DNA from: a virus
Lineage: Duplodnaviria > Caudoviricetes
IMG/VR virus record: IMGVR_UViG_3300005764_000077
Location: 1-25,455 of that record
Direction: 5' to 3' (one strand)
Length of the DNA: 25,455 bases
Shown here: one piece after another, positions 1 through 7,359 of the stretch
Numbering within the stretch: position 1 is the stretch's first letter
How the letters are laid out: each line of letters begins with the position of its first letter
Program-made: the position numbers and the translations under genes
Notes under the pieces: generated by a model
Database searches by the model: none
The model's input: only the letters and a program-made list of their open reading frames with translations
What the model was told of the DNA's origin: nothing

Positions 1-116
1 GACATGACGCGGAGCACGCTGTTCGGAATCGACGCATCGGCGCCAGGCAAATTCGCCCGGATCGCATCGCGCACGAGCGAGCGCACGTCGCGCAGGGTTG
101 GCGTTGACCACGGCAT
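1..116 (-). CDS. Baseplate J-like protein (Mu gp47 family), N-terminal part; runs off the window
   Basis: Not in the ORF track. Manual translation from ATG at 116 gives MPWSTPTLRDVRSLVRDAIRANLPGADASIPNSVLRVMS, a typical gp47/J N-terminus, directly after gp46. Confidence 0.85.
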   Translation of the reverse strand, partial: MPWSTPTLRDVRSLVRDAIRANLPGADASIPNSVLRVM

Positions 117-134
117 TGAAAGACTTGGATATGG

Positions 135-692
135 TCAGGGGCCGCCGAAGGGCGGTCCACCGGTGACAAACTCAGTTATCGGAGTCGGTCCTATCTCGGA
201 CCAAAGGATCTGGTATCGCAGCTCGATCTCGAGCGTCGGTCCTCGATAGAGCCGGATGACTGCATTGATCTGATCGCGATTCACGCGCTCGACCCACACG
301 TTCATTCTTGAACCGATACGCCGATCTAGGAACGGCTGAATCGCTTCGCGGATGTAATACTCCACGCGCGTTGTGGTGGCGCCCTGCATAGCTTCCGGGC
401 CAACGATCTTGTCGCGTTTCAGCAGCCAAAGCTTGCAGCCGATCGGCCAACCATCCCAGATTTCCTCAGCATCGAGATCACCCCACCAACCGGCGCGATC
501 GGTCGAATCGGGATCGGGCAAGATGTCAGAGGTCGCCGCAAGCCCATCGGTGCCGAGCGCAACGACAACCGCAGTCGCGAGGGCCTGGGTCTCGTCGAGC
601 GTGCCATCGCCGAGCAGCGACCAGTCCATCGTGACCGAGTACGCCGGAGCGTTCGGGAAGATCGCGTTTTGAACCAGCCTTATGTCCGGGAT
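135..692 (-). CDS. Mu gp46-like baseplate wedge protein; probable ATC start at 692 (first in-frame ATG at 629)
   Basis: Motifs LATAVVVALGTD, RAGWWGD and IGCKLWLLKRDK are characteristic of gp46. The frame is open upstream (PDIRLVQNAIFPNAPAYSVT) to ATC at 692-690, with GGGAGG 5 nt upstream and an in-frame stop at 707-705. Confidence 0.85.
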   Translation of the reverse strand: MPDIRLVQNAIFPNAPAYSVTMDWSLLGDGTLDETQALATAVVVALGTDGLAATSDILPDPDSTDRAGWWGDLDAEEIWDGWPIGCKLWLLKRDKIVGPEAMQGATTTRVEYYIREAIQPFLDRRIGSRMNVWVERVNRDQINAVIRLYRGPTLEIELRYQILWSEIGPTPITEFVTGGPPFGGP

Positions 693-719
693 TCTCGCCT
701 CCCATTACAAGTTCGTCGA

Positions 720-3587
720 TCAACCGTCATACGCCACTGTTACCTGCGTGTAGTAACTCGCGGTGCAGGTTCCGATCACTTGACCTTGGACGGTGATGAA
801 ATGTCGGCCCTCGGTCGGACGATAGTAGACTGTGTGTGACGTTGCGACGTTGTAACTTGTACCTGGACAGGTATAAAGATTGCCACCAGGGAGAATAAGA
901 GTCGCGTTATCAAGATTAATTTGGAGATAAGCACTTGAGACAGCATTGATGCTCAGGACGCCGCCAGCGTTGAACAGGTAATCCGAATCGCCCCAACTCA
1001 GAAAGTTAGTTGGGGTGCTCACGTCGACCCAAGCCGCATTATTCGAGGTCGCATTGCCGTTGGTGTAAAGTTGCGCCACGCGTTGAAGACGATTGAACCA
1101 GGACAGAACGCCGCGATAGGTGGCAGTGTCGGAGAATTGTGGCCCCGACGCCGCGGTGTAGACCTTGCCAACGAGAGTCCTCGTCGGATCGCCGGACTTA
1201 ATCTGAGTCCCCTCATTCCCAGCCGTCGTGTCGGCCGCGCGCGCTGTTGTGGAGAAATCGAGCGTGAGCGTTCCGGCATTGTTGAAGACATAGACGTTGT
1301 AGGTGGTCGAATTTGCGAGAGCTTGCGCCGCGACTCCGTTGACGTAGCAAGACGTGATCAGTGCAGCGACGCCTGCGGCCGGGATGTCGTAGACCGCGCC
1401 ATTGATCCTGATCTTTGAGCCGTCGAAACGCTGCAGCGTGACGTGCGTCGTGTCGGTGTAGACGAGCTGGCACTGTCCGACGACGCCCGTAAACGTTGCC
1501 CCACCCGCCGGAGGAGCTGCCCAGGTCGCATCCGCTCTGAGAAAATTGGTCGTGCCGCCACCGCTCGAGGGCACGAGCCCTTTCAGCGCGGTTGTGAATG
1601 TATCGAGCAGCGCGGTCGCCTGCGTGCCCGTCATGTCGATCGGCGCCGCCGCGGCACCCGTGTTGTTACCTTTGATGCTGTTCGCCGCCGCGTTGGCGAG
1701 CTTGGCGTTGGTCACCGCCGCATTGGCGATCGTCGTCGCCAGAGAGCCAGCCGAGGTCGTCACGTCCCCAGTGAGCGCCGGGAAGTTGGCGGCGGGTTCA
1801 ACTCCGAGGATCGCCCAAGCATTCGCGGCGGTAAGTTCTTCGGGACTGCCTGCGCCCGCAGTGATGCGTCCAAGGAAGCGCGACGTCGCGCTCACGTTCT
1901 GCATCTTGGCGTAGGTCACCGCGGCGTTGGCGATCGTCGCGGTAATCGCGGTCGCGCCCGAGCCGGTGACGTCGCCGGATAGCGTGATCGACTGATTGCC
2001 CGTGAGGTAGCCCTGATTGGCCGCGGCAGTGACCAGGCCCTTCGCGTTGACCGTGATGCCCTGGAAGGTCCCGACGTTAGCGTTCACCGTCGCGAGCGTG
2101 GTCGCGAGGGCGCCTCCGGCGGTCGTCACATCGCCAGTCAACGCAGGAAAGCGCGCCGCCGCGAGTAGACCGGTCCAGCCAAGCGTGAGCGCCTGCGCGG
2201 AGATCGAACCGGTCACGTTGGTGTCGTTCACGACCGACTGAACGACGTTGCCATTGAGGCGCGCCGCCGCAAGCGTCCCGGCCCATCCGACCGTGATCGA
2301 AGCGGCGTTGATCAGTGCAGTTGAGGGCGATCCGCCGAGCGTTAGCGTGACATTGGTATCATCGGTTTTGGTCAGCGCTGCGGGCGTAACACCCGCGCCA
2401 GGAGGGATCGCCCATGAGCCATCAGCTCTTAAGAAGTTGACCGTGCCACCCCCGCTCGATGGGGCAAGCCCGTTCAAGGTCGTCGTGAAAATCGGCAGCA
2501 TGGCATTGATCTGCGCCGCGGTCAGGTCAATCGGCGTAGCTGCACTCGCCCCATTATTTCCTTTGATCGTGGCCGCCGCCATGTTGGCGAGCCGGGCGTT
2601 GGCGAGCGTCCCGGTCCAACCGAGCGTCAAGGTCTGGGCGGAGATCGCGCCGGTGACGTTCGTATCATTGACGACGGCCTGGACGACGTTGGCGTTGAGG
2701 CGCGTCGCGGCGAGCGTACCGGTGAAGCCGAGCGTAAGCGTCTGCGCCGCGATTGAGCCGGTGATATTCGTGTCGTTTGTGATGGCCTGCACGACAAGGG
2801 CATTAAGTCTCGAGGCCGCAAGCGTTCCCGCCCATCCGACGGTAATCGAAGCCGCATTGATCAGCGCAGTCGACGGCGAACCGCCCAGCGTCAAGGTGAC
2901 ATTGGTGTCGTCGGTCTTGGTCAGAGCAGCCGGCGTAACGCCAGCACCTGGCGGTATCGCCCACGAACCATCAGCTCTCAGGAAATTAACCGTGCCGCCG
3001 CCGCTTGAGGGAACGTCGCCTTGAGCGGAGCTCGAGAACAGTGAACCGGCCAAAGTGCCGGCCGAGAACGCGAGCCCCGCCCCGACCGTGACGGTCGCCC
3101 AGGTGTTGGCTGCCGAGCGGTAGTAGATGACATTGATGCCGGAGGCCGCGGCAAGCGAGGTGAGGTCGCCGTCGAGAGGTTGATAGATCGCGTCGCCACT
3201 CGCCCACGCTGCGTTCTGGCGCACATAGTGAACGCCGTCGCTCGGCGCGTCAGTTATGCCGCCGCCGGTCGGCGTGATCCATCCGGTGTCATAGTTGGTG
3301 GCCGTGTTCTTCGCGAGCACTTGGCCTGCGGCGCCGCCAACCGGGACGCCTTGTCCAGCCGGCCCAGTCGGACCCGTCGGCCCGGCGGGACCCGTTGGAC
3401 CGGGAGGACCCTGGAAACCAACCCCGCCGATCGCCACGATGCTGGCGGCGGCCGTCGGCGTTCCGCCCTTGCCGTAATAGAGCGTGTCGTTTTGCTCGTT
3501 ATAGGCAAGCTCGGCATTGGCAAGGCCGGGCGGTGGCCCAGCAGCACCACCAGCAGCGCGTCGCCTTATGCGGATGGTATTAGGCAT
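720..3587 (-). CDS. Long tail fibre/adhesin (955 aa): Mtd_N-like N-terminus, short collagen, foldon-like motif, repetitive shaft, lower-GC C-terminal tip
   Basis: Start MPNTIRIRRR at 3587 overlaps the gp45 stop (TGATG). Contains GLANAELAYNEQNDTLYYGKG (Mtd_N-like), GPPGPTGPAGPTGPTGPAG, DAPSDGVHYVRQNAAW, and repeated LTGDVT, NFLRADG and NDTNVTG units. Confidence 0.85.
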   Translation of the reverse strand: MPNTIRIRRRAAGGAAGPPPGLANAELAYNEQNDTLYYGKGGTPTAAASIVAIGGVGFQGPPGPTGPAGPTGPTGPAGQGVPVGGAAGQVLAKNTATNYDTGWITPTGGGITDAPSDGVHYVRQNAAWASGDAIYQPLDGDLTSLAAASGINVIYYRSAANTWATVTVGAGLAFSAGTLAGSLFSSSAQGDVPSSGGGTVNFLRADGSWAIPPGAGVTPAALTKTDDTNVTLTLGGSPSTALINAASITVGWAGTLAASRLNALVVQAITNDTNITGSIAAQTLTLGFTGTLAATRLNANVVQAVVNDTNVTGAISAQTLTLGWTGTLANARLANMAAATIKGNNGASAATPIDLTAAQINAMLPIFTTTLNGLAPSSGGGTVNFLRADGSWAIPPGAGVTPAALTKTDDTNVTLTLGGSPSTALINAASITVGWAGTLAAARLNGNVVQSVVNDTNVTGSISAQALTLGWTGLLAAARFPALTGDVTTAGGALATTLATVNANVGTFQGITVNAKGLVTAAANQGYLTGNQSITLSGDVTGSGATAITATIANAAVTYAKMQNVSATSRFLGRITAGAGSPEELTAANAWAILGVEPAANFPALTGDVTTSAGSLATTIANAAVTNAKLANAAANSIKGNNTGAAAAPIDMTGTQATALLDTFTTALKGLVPSSGGGTTNFLRADATWAAPPAGGATFTGVVGQCQLVYTDTTHVTLQRFDGSKIRINGAVYDIPAAGVAALITSCYVNGVAAQALANSTTYNVYVFNNAGTLTLDFSTTARAADTTAGNEGTQIKSGDPTRTLVGKVYTAASGPQFSDTATYRGVLSWFNRLQRVAQLYTNGNATSNNAAWVDVSTPTNFLSWGDSDYLFNAGGVLSINAVSSAYLQINLDNATLILPGGNLYTCPGTSYNVATSHTVYYRPTEGRHFITVQGQVIGTCTASYYTQVTVAYDG
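2265..3011 (-). repeat. Intragenic direct repeat in the fibre: 198-nt copies at 2265-2462 and 2814-3011 (period 549) encoding an identical 66-aa peptide
   Basis: Both copies translate to PSSGGGTVNFLRADGSWAIPPGAGVTPAALTKTDDTNVTLTLGGSPSTALINAASITVGWAGTLAA. A partial third copy (PSSGGGTTNFLRADATWAAPP) lies near 1510-1572. Confidence 0.95.
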
Positions 3588-4837
3588 CAGAATGTGCCGC
3601 CATCGAGGATCATGTTCTCGACCGCGCTCCACGCCGCGTTAAAACGCGCGTAGTGATTGCCATCGCTGGGCGCTTCCGAGATCCCGCCACCGGCACCACC
3701 GACGACGGTGAGCTGGCCGGCTGGCGTGACTGCCAAGGTTGTCAAATCGATATCGAGAAAGAGGTAGCCGTTGTCGAACGGCATCGGCTCTTCGCGCTGC
3801 ATCGCGCGATGACGCGCCTCGGTTACTTCTCTCGTCGCGCCCGCGATCTTAAGCGGCGCATTCGCCGCCATCGAAATGTTCGCATTGCTGTCGATCGACA
3901 GCGGCGCCGAGGCGGAGTGCGCCGCCGGTCCTTGGTCAGGAACAGTTCCGCCGCCAGCGTCGGAGCAAGCTTTGATCTTGATCGGCTTCGATGACCAGCA
4001 ACCGCCGGCGTCAACCCAAACCTGCGAGCCCTTCCAACGAACATGAACGTGTTTGTCATCACAGCGCGTCGACTGCGTGTCGTCCTTGTAATGAGTCGTG
4101 ATCTTCTTGTCCTCGACGTGGACATAGCCGTTGTCGCGCCGCGTCTCGACGCGGTCTTTCGTCATATTTAGAAAGGTTTTCGATTCTTCCTTGTGTAAAG
4201 TCTTTTGTCCTGTTGGCTGGCTTGTTCCCTGACTCCCATCGCTGTTACTTGTCCCGCCGCCGCCTGCGCCTTCGCGTGGCTCGATCTCGAATGTTTCAAT
4301 GTCAAATTCGACGCCTGACCTCGATCTGAAAGTTCGCGCGAGCTTCTGTCCCGGCTGTTGCTGTTGCTGTTTACCGTTCTGATTCTCGACGAGCTGAAAC
4401 TTGAGCAACTTCTCGACATTGCCAGTCATGAACATTCCGGCTTCAGTGTTCAAAAATTGCTGGCCCCATTCTTTTAGGCCAAACATCGCGGTCGCGCCTT
4501 TGGCCGCGTCTTTGGCGAGATTTAACAGCCGGTGGCGACGATCATCCATCATGGCTGTGATCGGCAGCGAACGATTGCCACCGAGAAACGACACGAAGCC
4601 CTCGGCGCATTGCTGGATTATTCCAGGATTCCCGCTCTTTCTCGCGTCCGCCACAACCGAAGTGAAGCCGTAATTTTGCGGCGCCTCGTGATTGAAAAAC
4701 GTTTCGCCTTTCATGCCGCGCGAATTCGTCGATTCCTGCATGAGCGTAGAATCGTCGACGCTGTCGATGGCCGAGCGTGCACCACCTCCGCTATAAGCGC
4801 GGTAGACGGATGCGTGCGGAGTTGAGCGGTGGACCAT
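3587..4837 (-). CDS. Mu gp45-like baseplate spike/assembly protein with a C-terminal extension
   Basis: VDDSTLMQ...GET...EAPQNYGFTS...AEGFVSFLGGNRS...DDRRHRL is the gp45 signature; lies between gp44 and gp46; ends with EAPSDGNHYARFNAAW...ILDGGTF. Confidence 0.85.
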   Translation of the reverse strand: MVHRSTPHASVYRAYSGGGARSAIDSVDDSTLMQESTNSRGMKGETFFNHEAPQNYGFTSVVADARKSGNPGIIQQCAEGFVSFLGGNRSLPITAMMDDRRHRLLNLAKDAAKGATAMFGLKEWGQQFLNTEAGMFMTGNVEKLLKFQLVENQNGKQQQQQPGQKLARTFRSRSGVEFDIETFEIEPREGAGGGGTSNSDGSQGTSQPTGQKTLHKEESKTFLNMTKDRVETRRDNGYVHVEDKKITTHYKDDTQSTRCDDKHVHVRWKGSQVWVDAGGCWSSKPIKIKACSDAGGGTVPDQGPAAHSASAPLSIDSNANISMAANAPLKIAGATREVTEARHRAMQREEPMPFDNGYLFLDIDLTTLAVTPAGQLTVVGGAGGGISEAPSDGNHYARFNAAWSAVENMILDGGTF

Positions 4838-4838
4838 T

Positions 4839-6077
4839 TTAGCTGGGAGTTATCGTGTCAGGTAAGACTACGGGCGGAGGATCAGGAATTTCCGCATCCG
4901 GGGGCGCAGGAGTCTGCGTTTGATTTTTACCGGGCGCGTCGCCTACCACGCCTCTCACATCGGCATTCATTGTATCTTTCAGGAGCCAAGGCGCGACGAG
5001 CTCGAGCAATGTCAACGTTCCCGATTGACTGTCCTGCGTGAATGTCGCGGCTTGGATTTTGAGTTCGGTATTGTCGAACATCGCCATCGGCGACCAGACG
5101 GTGACCTTGTCACCTGGCATCCATAGCGCTATGCCGCCGCGGAGCCAGCCTTGCACGGTCACGTTTGCGGTGATGTAGGTGCCGCGAAGGAATAGATCTT
5201 CGTGGCGCGCCCGCGTCATAAGTTCGCCCTTACCCCAAACCGGTTGCTCAGCCGGTACAAGCATCGGGCTAAAGGGCATTTTTTGAAAACCTTCGGAAAA
5301 ACCCTCCTGCTCACTCGAGCTAGTCATGCTCTGTTTGTTATCGCCACCAGACTGACCGTAAACGCGAACGTCTTTGTATGTCCCCTCGAGACTGATGACC
5401 GATTGCAGTCTAAGAATATTCTTGCCTTCGATCAGATTCCAAATCGGTTGCCAACTGTGATCGCCGATCAAAAGAAACTGCCCGAGATGATTAGGCGCAA
5501 AGACCGCTCCCCGCGGCCGGGCGATGCGTTCAATGAAAGCAAATACCGTCTCGCCCACCTCGTTCTGCAGCGTCTTGAATGGCGTTTGATCGAGATTGCC
5601 GATCGGAATGACCTTGACGCCATATTTGCGACAGCAAGCGTCTGCGATCTGGAACAAGGTCTGGCCAGACCAGTCTTGCGGCTCCATGTGAGCACGGCCT
5701 GCCCAATACGTGCGTCCGACACCAAAGAGCTGCACCGCATGGCTGCCTTTGTCATAAGCGGTCTGTCGGCGCAGGATGTTGCCCGTGATCGCCAATTGCC
5801 CACCGAGATAGATCGCGACTGGATCGGGCGGCGCGAATTGAATGCGATCCCATAGCGGCGGATTAGGATCACGTTCGGCCGCGGTGAATTGAAAGATCGG
5901 AAAAAAATCTTTCCACCGGAGTTGCACATAGACCGTTTCCCAGTCGTCGTAACGACCAACATTTGGCACCGCACCTTTGTAAACCGCTTCCAGCGGCGTA
6001 GCGGCTCCTGCTCCGACGATGATGGTTGCGACTTCTTCCGGGTCGGGAACCGGATATGGCTTCTGTCCAAACGCCAT
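4839..6077 (-). CDS. Mu gp44/gpP-like baseplate hub protein
   Basis: YDDWETVYVQ, GETVFAFIERIARPRG, LIEGKNIL, TVQGWLR..LWMPG..VTVWSPM and TFTQDSQSGTLTLLEL match gp44-family motifs; gene order agrees. Confidence 0.88.
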   Translation of the reverse strand: MAFGQKPYPVPDPEEVATIIVGAGAATPLEAVYKGAVPNVGRYDDWETVYVQLRWKDFFPIFQFTAAERDPNPPLWDRIQFAPPDPVAIYLGGQLAITGNILRRQTAYDKGSHAVQLFGVGRTYWAGRAHMEPQDWSGQTLFQIADACCRKYGVKVIPIGNLDQTPFKTLQNEVGETVFAFIERIARPRGAVFAPNHLGQFLLIGDHSWQPIWNLIEGKNILRLQSVISLEGTYKDVRVYGQSGGDNKQSMTSSSEQEGFSEGFQKMPFSPMLVPAEQPVWGKGELMTRARHEDLFLRGTYITANVTVQGWLRGGIALWMPGDKVTVWSPMAMFDNTELKIQAATFTQDSQSGTLTLLELVAPWLLKDTMNADVRGVVGDAPGKNQTQTPAPPDAEIPDPPPVVLPDTITPS

Positions 6078-6751
6078 TACGTTGCGAGCGCCTCGCCATA
6101 CGGCCGCTCAAATGCCGGATGCACGACCTTGTTTCCTACGCGCAACTCATCGGCGCGGCTAGCATCGGCATAGAGCCTATACGCCGTAACCAACGTTGGC
6201 ATCGATTGTGCGAACGTAAATTGCAGCACGCGCGGCAGCGGTATCGCAGTCAACGCAAGATGATAGGAAATAGCGGCATGAAGCGCGACTAGCCCACTAA
6301 AGGCGGACTGATCCATATCATCGGCCGCGATCTCTTCCATCGGCGTGAAAGCTGCATTCATTTGAGCCAGCATCGTGTTGACGTCGTTGCGGCTAACGAA
6401 TGTCATATCGGCGACGATGCGCGCTTCTGCCGCGAGCAAATACCCGATCAATGAATTCTGGATCAGCTTGCCACCGAGAGTTTGCGGCGTTTCCGTTGAT
6501 GCTGTCGCACGTGTAGCGGCAAGTTGCGCCTGCGTGACTCCAGTCGCGCGCGCTAGGTCAAAGATATCTGACAATGGCGGCCCTGCCAGGTCGTTTCGGA
6601 TCAGCGTGTAGGCATAGCCAAGAAAATCACCGACGGCAGTGCGAAGATCGGAGCCTGGCCGCCCACGCGTAGGCGCGGCCCCGAGCAGATAAGTCAACAC
6701 CCTCTGGCAAATTGGCACCGCTTCCTGCGTGTCGAGCTGTTCCATTGCCAT
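6077..6751 (-). CDS. C-terminal half of a Mu gpN-like DNA-circularisation/baseplate protein
   Basis: C-terminal MPTLVTAYRLYADASRADELRVGNKVVHPAF is the gpN C-terminal motif; coupled by TAATG junctions on both sides. Confidence 0.75.
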   Translation of the reverse strand: MAMEQLDTQEAVPICQRVLTYLLGAAPTRGRPGSDLRTAVGDFLGYAYTLIRNDLAGPPLSDIFDLARATGVTQAQLAATRATASTETPQTLGGKLIQNSLIGYLLAAEARIVADMTFVSRNDVNTMLAQMNAAFTPMEEIAADDMDQSAFSGLVALHAAISYHLALTAIPLPRVLQFTFAQSMPTLVTAYRLYADASRADELRVGNKVVHPAFERPYGEALAT

Positions 6752-7359
6752 TATGCCGGAGGTGGTCGCGGCCCTACGATTGGCGGGAGTCTTTGGGCTT
6801 CCCTCGATTTTAAGGAAGTCTCGACGATGGCCTTGTAGCGCTCCGATGCTGCGATCAAGTTTGTGCGCGTATCGGGTTCTGGCCGATAGGGTTTTGTCCC
6901 CTGATCGACAAATTGAATATCAAAAACGCAATAGCCCCCGAAGCGCTCTTCCTCGGTTAACCGATAACGCGTGCATACGACCTCCTGCGGAGCCATCAAT
7001 GGAAGCTGCAGGATGCCGGCGCCGCCGGTGTCTAAACGTTCCTGCAATCGATCACGCGCAGGGATGTAATCACGTTGATAGAGCTCGAGCCCGGCGTCGT
7101 AGGGGAACTGAATAATGTACGCGCGGACAGAGAACTCCATTGCGCGTTGACCCATATCCTCAGAGTAGGGCCATTCTTTCTTCGGAAATTCATGGGTGAT
7201 AATTCTGCGACCACCTTCGCGGCTCGCGGTCTCGACATGAAATAGAGCTTCGTCAAAGCGCGCCGGCAAAAGCCGATTGCGCCATGGTGAGCCCTGATAC
7301 CTACCGCCTTGCGGTGCTGCGTTCGGTCGCGCGAGATCGCGGATCGTGGAAACAGGCAT
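6751..7359 (-). CDS. DNA circularisation N-terminal domain protein (Mu gpN/gp43 N-terminus)
   Basis: WRNRLLPARFDEALFHV...GGRRIITHEFPKKEWPYSEDMG...RDRLQERLDTGGAGILQLP is the DNA_circ_N signature. Confidence 0.9.
   Translation of the reverse strand: MPVSTIRDLARPNAAPQGGRYQGSPWRNRLLPARFDEALFHVETASREGGRRIITHEFPKKEWPYSEDMGQRAMEFSVRAYIIQFPYDAGLELYQRDYIPARDRLQERLDTGGAGILQLPLMAPQEVVCTRYRLTEEERFGGYCVFDIQFVDQGTKPYRPEPDTRTNLIAASERYKAIVETSLKSREAQRLPPIVGPRPPPA

Noticed and set aside
526-723. 65-aa ORF with a TTG start overlapping the fibre stop
   Set aside because: It overlaps gp46 out of frame and has no recognisable motif; the SD in this region fits the gp46 ATC start better.
720-3587. Diversity-generating retroelement targeting the Mtd_N-containing fibre
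   Set aside because: No reverse transcriptase or template repeat in the window. The fibre repeats differ at synonymous positions of all four bases rather than only at adenines, and they are not at the C-terminus. A DGR elsewhere in the genome cannot be excluded.
1071-3653. Long plus-strand ORFs opposite the fibre (for example 2248-3024)
   Set aside because: Antisense shadows of a GC-rich repetitive gene; their repeats simply mirror the fibre.
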